NCBI GenBank assembly: GCA_051362555.1
Contig: CM120645.1
Coordinates: forward strand, 13,454,001-13,518,000
DNA length: 64,000 bases
Origin: Lingula anatina
Lineage: Eukaryota > Animalia > Brachiopoda
Direction of reading: 5' to 3'
Under the pieces are notes generated by a model. It saw only the letters and a list, made by a program, of their open reading frames with translations. It did no database searches and was not told the origin of the DNA. The translations under genes were made by a program, and so were the position numbers. Positions 13,431-26,078 of this stretch are shown one piece after another. Numbering within the stretch: position 1 is the stretch's first letter; the number at the start of each line of letters is the position of its first letter.

Positions 13431-14699
13431 GTGGGCCAACCATAACTTTATAACCCTAATTATAACCTTGATAATAGTTTTAAATGATTATCTCACTAGA
13501 GAGGTATGCATAGGGGTAATTACCCCTCATAAAATGCTTGTTTTACCCCTTTTTCATTAAAATTTATTTTGTGAAAAAAGCGATCGTCAGTTTTTTTTAA
13601 ACTTTCCACAGGTTATCTTTAAGAAAAAGAAAAAAACATACGGTCACCAGCCTTACTTTATGGCAAATTGACAAAATTTTACTCAAGGTTGAAGAAAAAG
13701 TTTGAAAAAGCCAAAAATGCCTGTTTTTCTTTAAATTTAAGTTAGCTGTGAGAAAAAAACTAGACTGGTGACCCTTTGTTTTTGTATTCTTAAAATTATC
13801 TTAACTACCTGATGTGACGTTATAATTATTTTAGTAAAGCTAATTTGTTGTTTAATTTTTATGAGTAATTACCGTATGTGCCTGCATACTTGTATAATGT
13901 AAATGAAGTGCGGGACTGTTATTAAGTGCGAGACTCCGGATAACATGAACTGATGCAACACGTGAGTGTGGACAGTGTATAACACTTTAACAGTACAAAA
14001 ACTGTACTTTATTAACAGTACTTTGTGAGGCCACACTATCAGGAGGATCGTTCAACAGATAAGGACATGGAAAACGGCGACATTGCGTCTTCAAAACCCC
14101 ACACTATCAGGAGGATCCTTCAACAGATAAGGACATGGAAAACGGTGACATTGTGTCTTCAAAACCCCACACTATCAGGAGGAACGTTTAACAGAAAAGG
14201 ACTCGTAAAACTGTGACATTGCGTCTTCAAAACTTAACTGTCTACGAATCTGTTAGAATTTAACTGTATTTGACAAATGTTAAAGTTTATGCAACATGAT
14301 AGTATTACATGTAGTTAGTTTATGTAGTGTATGTTCATTGTTTGTAATATATTATATTCATAGTTAAGTTAGTTGTTGTTTGTGTTTTTTTTTATGTTTG
14401 GGCTGTTTTGGTCCGTAACACTGAGCATCAAACTGGAAAGTTTAAAAAGAATCTGACGACCCATAGATGGATACAGGGGGCGGTCCCGGGGTCTGGACCC
14501 CCCCCCTTTTCTTCCGAAATTACCTTTTTTTGTAGGTAATTTTCCTAATTTCCCCCCCTTTTCAGATCTGAGTCTTTTTATTTCAAGAAATGCTTGATAT
14601 CTTGGAGAACACCTTCAGCCATCAACCAAATTTCAATTAAATATCCTGATAGCCTAATTGATATATCAACGTTAATTCAATTTTCAAATTCAACTTTAT

Positions 14700-15545
14700 T
14701 TCAACATTGATTCAACATTGAGGTATCAATCTTGATTTAACATTGATACCTCATGGTTGTTTTAACCTTGATGGTTCAAGGTTGATTCAACCTTGATGGT
14801 TCAATGTTGATTCAACTTTCATAGTCAACGTCATATCAACAAAGTTTCAACGTTGACCATCAACTTTGATTCAACTTTGATACCTCAAGGTTGATTCAAC
14901 CTTGATGGTTCAACGTTGAGTCAACTTTCATAGTCAACGTCAAATCAACATTGTTTCAACGTTGACCGTCAACTTTGATTCAACATTGATAACTCAACGT
15001 TGATTCAACCTTGATGGTTCAACGTTGATTCAACTTTCATAGTCAACGTCATGTCAACATAGTTTCAACGTTGACCATCAATGTTGATTCAACCTTGATG
15101 GTTCAATGTTGATTCAACCTTGATGGTTCAACGTTGATTCAACTTTCATAGTCAACGTCAAATCAACATAGTTTCAATGTTGACCATCAACGTTGATTCA
15201 ACATTGATACCTCAAGGTTGATTCAATCTTGATGGTTCAACGTTGAGTCAACTTTCATAGTCAACATCAAATCAACATAGTTTCAACGTTGACCATCAAC
15301 GTTGATTCAACATTGATACCTCAAGGTTGATTCAACCTTGATGGTTCAACGTTGAGTCAACTTTCATAGTCAACGTCAAATCAACATAGTTTCAACGTTG
15401 ACCATCAACGTTGATTCAACATTGATACCTCAAGGTTGATTCAACCTTGATGGTTCAACGTTGAGTCAACTTTCATAGTCAACGTCAAATCAACATTGTT
15501 TCAACGTTGACCATCAACGTTGATTCAACATTGATTCAAGGTTGA
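14700..15545 (+). repeat. Tandem array with 109-bp period (about 7 units) built from TCAACGTTGA-like palindromes
   Basis: ATAGTCAAC recurs at 14821, 14930, 15039 and onward to 15475. Confidence 0.95.
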
Positions 15546-17203
15546 TTTGCCCGCTGGGCAATTAATTTATTCTAAACATGCTTCGTTTTGCATTTATACG
15601 CTGTACCTGTAGCACATGCATGGATTTAAATAACGTCAACCCATGTTTCGAGTCGCGCTTTGGTGAATTGCATGAAAATAAACTACAGTAGTTATTCTGA
15701 CTTCAGTAGCTTGAAATGATTATACACCTAAACAAACTTGTCCCTACACCATTCATACGTTGGCCTTGCAGAAACGAAAAAATACTTTGACACAAGGTTG
15801 CTTCAATTGTTATCGGAATACCTCAAATGCCTGTTATTTCAACGAACCAGCCAGATAATGTTCTATACACAATAGCTCTCCTGACATTGGGTCAGCCCGT
15901 CTGCAACGAAATAATGTTACCATATGATATAGAGGAGACGGTCTATAGAAACTCTGTGAAGCGATATTATGTATCATCAGACGTGCATATAACATTACCT
16001 GCCAACGCCTTTATTAATGGCAGCACGTCTTCTTTTATATACAGCCTATGTTGCCTCATGCCCAGCGAACCGATTCCTCGTGTCCCCATTCACCCTGACA
16101 CCAAAACTCCGCGGATTGCCCTTGAATAAGCCAGGAAATACTGCGCCGTTTTGGTCATTATGTAAAAATTTCCGTTAAAATAATTGTCGATTTCTGTCTT
16201 TTTACCCAATTATTCAGTGAAGTCAGGAAACTGTTTTAAGCCTTAATTAAGAAGCCGTATATTGTATTTATGAAGAATGAGAATTTGTATTTGTCGGGGA
16301 ATTTATAAGCATTGCTAGACTGAATAAGTAACGATCATGATAAACAAATTACCAGCTGTCGAATTGCATGTGAAGAGCAATAGTTTTGTTTTAGAGGGGA
16401 TCAATGTACTGTCTACTTTAGAGCCCAATGTAAAGTTACAGCTCTTATTATTTATGTAGCCTAATGTTCACACGCAGAACGAGCGTCGGTTTTTCCTCAA
16501 AGTTAAAAGTAGAAATAAGTACATATGACTGAAAATTGTCATTTATTAAAATGACGAAATATAATATGATACTAATTTACAAAATGGGAGATAGTAACAA
16601 CATTAAATAAAATGATCGCACATACATCCCCCATACAATGAGGCAAAAAGTTGACAAAGAGCACAGCAATGACCACAATATACGAAAGAAGCTCACATCC
16701 CCGCCAATCCAACAGTAATAAAAATGTATAAGTGATGTCTTCATGAACTGCATTAGGTAGAAAGACGGATAGTCATTTAAGAAATGAAATTGAAATAAAA
16801 TTATACAATTACACAGTTATACAGGGATCTTCAAATGAAACTGATGAAACAGTTTTTATGGCCTTAGGGACCATTCCTAGACCCTATCATACTAACTGTG
16901 GATCGGTCTATTACCAAGGGAATTCTCACTAAATTTCAATCAACTTAAGTAGCTTAGATGTCTGTTACGCCTACTGAAGCTGCTAGGGGGTAATTAATTA
17001 TCGTTAAGCAGCTTCAGTAGGCGTGTCAGACCCGGTACTAATTTTCCTTGTTATATTATTTTTAAAGGATACAAAATGTAAAACTCGAGACATGTGATAT
17101 TCTTATAATTCTAAATTAAAATATCTAAAGAACGTGTGTTGAAATTAATTTTATGAAAGAAAGCCTGAAGATACATGTACGTCACGCGTACAGGGTATTC
17201 CAG

Positions 17204-17738
17204 ACCCCTCACAACTACTCTATGGTGAAAGGCTAGGGAATATAGAAAAGGAAAGTCAGGAGTCTCTTCAGGTCCAATGATGTAGACGGATACCTGACAA
17301 AGAGAGATTTTGAATTGAGCGCCCGTCGCGTTACAGCTTACATGCGCCTTGATGGCACAATAGCAAAACAATTGTAATAGTTTATGTTCACTAGAACAAC
17401 AATTAATTTGTTTGTATAAGCCGATCAGCTCACAGTGTTATCATTATTAATGTTCAATTATTACCGAAACAAAATTTGAACATAACTGTAGTTTTTTTAA
17501 AAATGCAGTTTGACTTTCACGTTTTCTCTGGTTAATCAAAGGAAGTGATAAATAAGCTAAGTGTTTGTTACGTACCGGTAATAACGTAACTGGTTGAATC
17601 ACACTGTTCAAATGTTTATTTATTATCCATTTATTATAGGCAAAACAGATATTGAAAAACCATTTAGACATCTGGGAGATGCAGCCAAAGGATTAGGCAA
17701 GCCAGATGATCAGGGTATCAGAAGAAGAGTATTACTGG
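17204..17738 (+). pseudogene. SCP-like pseudogene (exon 2 at 17204-17354 and the start of exon 3 at about 17640-17738)
   Basis: Homologous to copy 3 but has two in-frame TAG stops, a 6-bp deletion in EF loop I and a GC instead of GT donor. Exon 3 is truncated before the EF-hands. Confidence 0.85.
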
Positions 17739-19083
17739 GAATGATTAACTCAACTCAGGGGGCTGGTTCAAAGTTTATTCTGACTTCCAAAGCAATAAAA
17801 TAGTATAAAATAAAAACCCTAAAAGAGATGTACAGCAATATTTACAATACAGTCGAAATAAATAAATTATACTGACAATTAAACATGTTTTTGTTAAATT
17901 AAGAAATACTAGTCTTACTATTAATGACAGATTTCACGTATATAGATTTAAACAGCGCTAACTCGTACATACCCCAATGTCCGGGAGGGGGTTGTAAGTG
18001 ACTAAGACGGGGATAAACTACATGTAGAGGATTCTGTAATCTGAGACTGAAAGAAAAATGAATTAGAGTAGTAGAGAACACTTCTATAGTAAATATGATA
18101 GGAAATACGATCAGAAAGAAATTAAATACCAGAGCAACTAACTTACCAACACAAGCCACAAGTCTCAGCCTTTCCACCGTCTCAGTGCTCGAAATTGGCG
18201 CGCAAAGATTTTATATAGTGAAAGGTCATGTGATAGAAGATAAGTTGTCAAGAGATGTACAAGTACTTAGCAGTCACGAGAGTCAAGAGATGTGCAAGTA
18301 CTTAGAAGTCACGACAGTCAACGTAAAAGTATTCAGGGAAGAACCAATTATATGTGTCCAACTTTCGTTAATATTTACAGTCGGTTTCTGGCCCAGTTAA
18401 CCCAGAACGAGGCTCTCATGAAGGACTAGGGTAAAACATGTTTGATGGCTAAATATATGTAGGGTATAAATGTATGGCCTTTAAGATAGAATTTAGTTTA
18501 ATATACAGTTGTTCTCTTATAAATATATTTATAAATATATATATAACAATGTCACAGGCACCTCAACCTGTCTATTTATAACATGTTTTCAAGAACTGTT
18601 AACTCCAACACGTTTACAGCAACTTATTCATCCTAGTGTTAGCTGACCTTGCAAACAATTCACTTTATTGGAATGTTTTTCTGAATAACAAGTTTAGAAA
18701 ATTCACTAGTTAACTAAAGACACAAAACAACTGTCACTTTTATTTAAAACCATTTTGTTATTATTTTGATAAATTTAGTTACAGTATTGATAAACAAAGT
18801 ATCACGTTTTCAATAATTAATATTTTAAATTACAATCCATAACTGCAAGGTTGTGCCATTGACCAAAATACAACGTTGAGTCAACGTCACATTATGACGG
18901 TGTTTCGACGTGGCTGGATCAACGTTGATTTGACGTTGAATTTAGGTAAATCAAAGGCAATTCAACGTATCAACCTGTTTTCAACGTTGATCCAACGCAA
19001 CTATGCCTGCTGGGAAGAGATGTGCAAGTACTTAGAAGTCACGAGAGTCAACGTAAAAGTATTCAGAGAAGACTAGGGTAAAA

Positions 19084-21440
19084 CATTGGATTGCGCCTAT
19101 TACAAACAATGTTAAATTAGTGAACTTTGATCGTTCATATCAAACAGACCAGAGAACAATTACTTGTGACAACCACTTGGTCATATTCACTGGATTTTTT
19201 TTTGCGTTTGTCAATAGGCCCAGGAGGTTTTTCTAGAGCTGCTGGTGATTTTATCAACGATAAAACCAACATTTCCCTACGGGCTCCAATTACAGTTTAC
19301 TCTGATATTGTTTTTTTTTTATCAAATATATCTCCAGAACCTCCCCATGACAGCGCCTGAATGGGACTTACCTGGATTTCCCCCTTATCATAAGGCCATT
19401 ACAGGCGATTTAGCTGGCAGAAATAGATCGTATCTATTACTTTCAGGATAAGGTCAGTGTCTCGATCAGTTCCTCAATCACGGACTCTAATTACTGTCAT
19501 CAGAACTAGCAGGACCAAGCTGACAGTGACAGGCAGGTGCTATAAGCCGGTTTTTTTAATGACAAATGCACGTGGTACATAATCACTGGAATTCTGAAAA
19601 TGGTGAAAGAATTTAGTGTGTCTAGCTGTACAGCCAACAGTTGTAAAAACCCACAGACAAAATTTTGTCAGCTGCCAACATTACCAGCACGACAACCTGA
19701 ATGGCTAAGAGCAATCAATCGTGCTCATGTTAATCCAGATGGGAGTATTGAGATAAATAAGATGTGGAACCCTCAAAATTTGTTTATGTGTGCTCAGCCC
19801 ATTTTGTCAAAGGTACAGTAATAATTAATGTGTTCAATATTTTAAGCAATTTTTTTATATTTATTGTAAGACTGTTATTGAATAAGTATATATTGTAATG
19901 TTTTTAAATTAAACAATGTGTATTCAAAATGACTGATGTCGTTTTTCTATGATATGTTTCTGTAATTTTTTGGTTCTTTAGAGAATGGATCACACCCAAT
20001 AAAGAAATTTGTACAAACCTGTACGGACGGAAACGACTCCCAAGAATTTACTGCAGATTGTGATGCACGAGCTTGTGGAAGATCCACATGAAGGTATAAT
20101 ACTAGTGTTTTTGTCAAAGTAGAAGTAATAGCTGAAAGAGGTCAGAATGTTGACACTTCTGAAAATGCATAATCTTCATCCTTTGTCAGTTTTGATTCCT
20201 TGCATTAATATATTGCCATTTCGGATATTTTCTACTCAATTTAATCAAGTTTGAGTACAACGTGCCCCCAACCACAAGACCATTATTGTGAAGTTTGGTA
20301 TTGGCACAATCATATTATGATTCATCATCAAGTTATTACTTAATAATATGCTACCGGAACAGATAACTTAAATATTTTTTGTGATACTTCAGGCATACAA
20401 CCAGAGGACAGTGTTCTAAAGACATCAACTAAAACACCATTGGAAATGTCAGAAAGAGAGCAGTTATGAGAAGAGATAAGCTCGTTGAGACATGAAAGAG
20501 ATGAGGCCCTGTCCTGTATTGCAAGTTTGGAGAAGTTACTTACTTTGACATCACTCAGTATATCTTCTGTTGAAGGCAATGATGAGGCGTGTAAAATGAT
20601 GACTGGTCTTTCATGGGGTGTATTCATGTACCTTACTACTGCAATGAGTGCCTTGTTCCATCAGTGAAACAAGGTACTTTATCCTTGAAGGAGCAACTAT
20701 TTGTGACACGTACGTACTTTTGAAATTAAGACACAATCTCACGATTGAATTTTAAGCACATATCAAGGGGATTCCCAAAACAACTATGATTGACATTTTT
20801 TGGAAATGGATTGACATGCGCTATTCCTAACTAAGCTTCACAATTGTACCGACAGACAGAGAACATATGTTTAGAACATTACCAGAAGTATTCAAAGATA
20901 AATTCCCCCGGTTAACGTCAATTGTGGATTGTTGTAAAATTTTCATAGAGTCACTACAATATCTCTTAGCCCGTGCACAGACTTATAGCAGCTACAAAAA
21001 ACACACAACGATTCATTTTTTTATTTCCTGTAACCCGAATGGCCACATCAACTTTTTGTCTAAAATTTGGGGTGATAGAGCATCTGATGTGATGATAGTG
21101 AGAGAGGTTTCCTCCTTCATGACGAGTTAGCAACACGATGCAGTGCTCAGCTCCTCACACCAGCTTTCACAAAAGGTCATAGACAAATGCCAGGCATTGA
21201 ACTTGAGGGATCAAGTAAGGTGTCCTCAGTTCGGATCCATATTGACAGAGTGATAGGTCTCCTTAAAAAAAGGTACACTATTTTGAAAGGCACCTTACTC
21301 CTGAGATGTGACAAAAGTATTAAAGATGAAAGTATGGATGCTGCAGTATCAAGTGGTGATAAAATAGAGTGTGTGCAGCTTTGGTAAACCTGGGTCCATC
21401 CATAGTGTTTAAGTAGTCATGTAACTGTAGGAAAGTGTTA
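19084..21440 (+). mobile_element. Decayed THAP + HTH + DDE_Tnp_4 transposon (ISL2EU/PIF-Harbinger-like), copy 1
   Basis: THAP-like ORF at 19600 (C..N...FCQLP...W..AI.R). DDE fragment FPRLTSIVDC.KIFIE...AQTYSSYKKHTT...G..SD and RIHIDRVIGLLK.RYTIL, with many stops. May extend to about 24700 beyond the LTR insertion. Confidence 0.8.
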
Positions 21441-22363
21441 ATGATAAATTGTTTTGATATTCAGCTTGTGACAATTAAAGCAGTTGCTAAGTAGGCTCAT
21501 GTTATAGGAATCCTCAGACGTAACTTTAGATAAAATTTTGAATACAAATTGATTGCTCATCTTATTGTTGCCTGTTGATAGATTATGAAATAAAATGTGT
21601 ATTCAAAGTTGTAAATTTTTATTGCATTTTTACTATTATTTTCATTTTATAGAGAAAGTACTGTATATAGTGTAACAACCCCAGATTGTGTTAGTTGGGC
21701 TCAACCGGAAAAGGTCAGATTGTGTGGGTTGGGTTCAACCGGAAAAGAGAAAGAGAGTGGAGGCCGGGAAGGAGAAAGGAAGGGAGTCACCGTGGAAAGC
21801 TAATGTTTCCAGGAATTTATAGACCAAAACATATATAGCCTGGAAATAGAGCAACCCAGCATGGTGACCTTTATGAAATGATTACAAAGATAATGACATT
21901 TCTGTGATGGTGAGCTTTATGAAATGATAACAAAGACCATGACATATCAGTGACATTTGTAACACCGGCGCCGGTGTCCACGTCAGTGACCGGTTTATCA
22001 TTAATGATAACTTTCATGACGAATTATTCAACCTCCCTGGTATATAAAGAGAATGATGTCGACATGCCGCCTCCTCCACCGTCGCTTTCATCGTTTCTAG
22101 TACCAGTGCCACCATGAAGATGTTTAAACAAGAAGGACAGCTAACTAGTGTTCCGGATAACTGTGTCAACGTGTCGCCTCCTCCATCATCGTCTTCACCG
22201 CTTTTAGTACCAATGCTTCCATGAAGACGTGTGAACGGGAATTAAGTAGGATTGTTACATAGTTTATTTTGTCAAATGACTATGCATTTAGAGACATTGT
22301 TGATATATATATTAATAAATTATATTTGAGAGTACATATAAAACTTTATTTTGTCATAACAAA

Positions 22364-22425
22364 TGGGGGCTCGTCCGGGAGTTGAACCCGGGACCTCTCG
22401 CATTCCAAGCGAGAATCATACCCCT
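22364..22425 (-). pseudogene. tRNA-Pro-derived segment (extended primer-binding site including CCA)
   Basis: The reverse complement AGGGGTATGATTCTCGCTTGGAATGCGAGAGGTCCCGGGTTCAACTCCCGGACGAGCCCCCA matches eukaryotic tRNA-Pro lacking its first dozen or so 5' nucleotides. Confidence 0.85.
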
Positions 22426-23027
22426 TAGAAAATCAAATCAATTGTGTCATGTCAACATGATAAAACCATACCATGCAACAATGGAGTGTCAAAACAAAGA
22501 AAGAAAGTCAACAGCTTGTAGTATTAATAATGTGCAAGAAGAAAACAGAAACAACATTAAAAACAAAAAGTTAGATGATTACAGTGAGGATGAGGCAGAA
22601 AAAGAACGTGGAAAAAAAAGAAGAAAACTATTGCCAGACAAAATTGTGTAATTCAGAAATATTAAATGATCTAGGAATGAAATTGGGTCATTTGCCAAAA
22701 AATAAGAAAAGCAATTAGCTGATTTGATTTGTGAGTATAAGTGTATTTTTCCAAATGCACCAGTAAAAACACATGTATTGGCACATGATGTTGTTATCGA
22801 AGAAGGAGTTTGACAATACAAACGTACAATTTAGAAATAAGGTACATTAAAGGTAAGGATAACAACATGGCAGATGCATTATCAAGATCAATTTGAACAC
22901 TATAGATTAATGTATAAAGAGTTGCAGTTATAGTATATCTCAGTATATTTCATGTAGTATAACATGAATGTAGATATAAGTTAACATATATAAGTATACA
23001 ATATTAATTAATTAAAATATTGTTATA

Positions 23028-23030
<3 letters not shown>

Positions 23031-23102
<72 letters not shown>
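23031..23102. repeat. (AT)n microsatellite inside the LTR element
   Basis: Direct observation. Confidence 0.95.
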
Positions 23103-23105
<3 letters not shown>

Positions 23106-26078
23106 TATTTTTTTTAAGGGGGAGGGAATGTAACAACCCCAGATTGTGTTAGTTGGGCTCAACCGGAAAAGGTCAGATTGTGTGGGTTGGGTTCAACCGG
23201 AAAAGAGAAAGAGAGTGGAGGCCGGGAAGGAGAAAGGAAGGGAGTCACCGTGGAAAGCTAATGTTTCCAGGAATTTATAGACCAAAACATATATAGCCTG
23301 GAAATAGAGCAACCCAGCATGGTGACCTTTATGAAATGATTACAAAGATAATGACATTTCTGTGATGGTGAGCTTTATGAAATGATAACAAAGACCATGA
23401 CATATCAGTGACATTTGTAACACCGGCGCCGGTGTCCACGTCAGTGACCGGTTTATCATTAATGATAACTTTCATGACGAATTATTCAACCTCCCTGGTA
23501 TATAAAGAGAATGATGTCGACATGCCGCCTCCTCCACCGTCGCTTTCATCGTTTCTAGTACCAGTGCCACCATGAAGATGTTTAAACAAGAAGGACAGCT
23601 AACTAGTGTTCCTGATAACTGTGTCAACGTGTCGCCTCCTCCATCATCGTCTTCACCGCTTTTAGTACCAATGCTTCCATGAAGACGTGTGAACGGGAAT
23701 TAAGTAGGATTGTTACATAGTTTATTTTGTCAAATGACTATGCATTTAGAGACATTGTTGATATATATTAATAAATTATATTTGAGAGTACATATAAAAC
23801 TTTATTTTGTCATAACAATAGAAATGATATTAAAACAATAAATTCTGTTTGTGATGGGATAGTATTTTAGCATTTGGTGCATTTCTTTTTTTTTCTTTTT
23901 TTTTGTGGATGGGGGGTGTCTACTCTTCAGGTGCATTTAACTAAATTGTTTCAATAATGTAAAAATTATGGATAATAAATCAGTCTTTTTTAGAGATATT
24001 TTGAAACAATAGATTTAAACCATGTATATAGGTTGGTGATAGTTGCATTTGAAAGTCAAACTACCAGTGGCTTTTAAAGATGGGTAACAGGACACCCAAC
24101 TCTTCCATAATGAATATACATCATCATTTATTAATGTGTCATGTGTATAGAGCACCCAGCCTTTCGGGCTTATAAGACACTTGTTGTATACATTTTTCCT
24201 GTCTTAAATCAAAAATCTTAACAACAAATTTTGGTGATTGCATCAATTTTTTTTCCATTATATGAATATATTATTGAGAATGAACAACTTGGTAATATTG
24301 AGACTAATTATAATCTCATTAAACAAAATGCAGCTACGGGAGGTGGGACAAACTGACAGTCTCACTTATTGGTGTACTCTCACTTTTGTTTATCCACATT
24401 ATCAAGTTTTCTTATCAAGTTGCCTCCCCAGGTAGAGGTGGGGTAAACAAATAATGTCACTCTTCCAGGTATTCTTTGAGACACTGTCACTTTTAACTGT
24501 TTCACCAAACCCTACTTGATCAAGCTTCCTGCCATTGTCAATCTCCAGGTAAAGGGGGGGATAAACAAATAATCTCTCTTGTCCAGGTATCCCTTTGGTT
24601 CAAGGGGGGGGGGGGGGGGGGTCTCCTAAAAAATTAAAAACTACATATGAAAGTCCAGAATAGTTAAATATATTTTAATGAGGTAAGCATGCCTGTTAAT
24701 GTTCACCTTTGATGGTATCAGCAGTGAGTAACCTAAGATACCGTGTAACTCTATTGATTGCAATCAAAATGTAATTATTCCAAGTAAACTTTTCCCAAAG
24801 ACAACTGCATAGTTACTTTAATGGTAGAGCCTGGAGGTAATCTTTTTAGTAAAAAGTAACATTTGAGTTTATTCATAGGGAAGAGGAGGCAAATCCCAAG
24901 GAGGCATCATGTGTTCTCCAAGAAATGCAAGGAACATTACAAATAACACATACACACACATATATACACAAAAAACAACAACAAAAAAGATAGCAAAGAA
25001 ACAAAGAAAAGGAATTATTATAGTAAAAGAAAATGATGCTGATTAACAACTAAGCAGAATAGTGAAATCAATCAGATGAAATAACCCATCATACGAAGGA
25101 AGGAATTCACCCGCCTACATATATACACGATCTAGAAGTTAAGGAAGTATAGAAAGAAATGGGAGTGTGCATGACATTTGGGACAATATGTACCTTTCCT
25201 TCTCTCACGATTCTCTCATTAATTAAGATTAATGATTGCAAAATTAACATAATTAATTATTTTACCCCCATTATGTTATGGCGCTGTTCTTGCTAATTAA
25301 AGATTGGCCCACGATATTTCACGAATATACAGAAGACATTTTTTTTATAAAAGAATGCAATGATTACAGCACGGAGTGTCGGGATAAAAAGCAATACAGT
25401 CAGTAAAACACATTAATATATCCGTGGTTATAAATGACGTAATTATATATAATTGGTTAGAAAGTAATAAATCACTGATGGCAGCCTTTGTGTGTCTTCA
25501 AGAGTTTGGCTTACATGTACAAAGGCCAAGGAAGATCCGACCGGTACAGAAAAGCGCAGATTAAAAAGCTTGAATATTTTGATATCTGACAAACTAAGAC
25601 AGGTACATTGTACGTTTTGGGACTTACCAAATCGTTTCAGACACCGTAACAATGACATGTTAATCTGTTTTGGCCTATAACATTTTTTTTTGTCCGAGGA
25701 GAAGTGCAGTGTATTGATGATACTCATATTTGAATTGTGTCACGTTATAGGCCTACTCACAGTTACATCAAAGAATCCTATATTCAATGCCAAAACAATA
25801 TTTTCTGACCTTAAACTGAAACCGACTCCCTCATAAAGAAAGAGTGAGCCTCATTATAGCATGCAAGCACGTGAATATTCAACGACATGTTCATGTATAC
25901 ATAACCTGTGACCCCAAAAGTGTCAGTTACTGCATCGACTCTTTCATTTAAAGCCATGCAGAACGAACGATTACCCCATATTTTTGATGCAGCTCTGCAT
26001 ACAAAACTATGTATATCCAGTAAACCTAACTCGCCTGTCTTCACAAATGTTAGTTCAGGATCCCTAGACAACGGAAGA

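Larger units (their letters stand above)
12426..15558. mobile_element. Non-autonomous EnSpm/CMC-like transposon with subterminal tandem arrays
   Basis: TIR CCCAGCGGGCA...TGCCCGCTGGG and a 2-bp CA TSD. The empty site is visible in the paralogous block near 29415 (CAGATCAATTAA). Confidence 0.8.
21671..23817 (+). mobile_element. Non-autonomous LTR retrotransposon (Gmr1-like Gypsy derivative); LTRs 21671-22361 and 23129-23817
   Basis: TG...CA LTRs are nearly identical (one substitution and one AT slip noticed). ATAG TSD, tRNA-Pro PBS at 22364, PPT AAGGGGGAGGGAA at 23116-23128. Pol remnants CHVNMIKPY and YIKGKDNNMADALSR. Confidence 0.92.

Noticed and set aside
12485-15545. CRISPR-like array of palindromic repeats
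   Set aside because: The units are wholly repeated with no unique spacers, there are no cas genes, the context is eukaryotic, and the arrays lie inside a TIR element.
22364-22425. Functional tRNA-Pro gene
   Set aside because: The 5' acceptor strand is missing, CCA is encoded, the anticodon loop is altered, and it abuts an LTR as a PBS.
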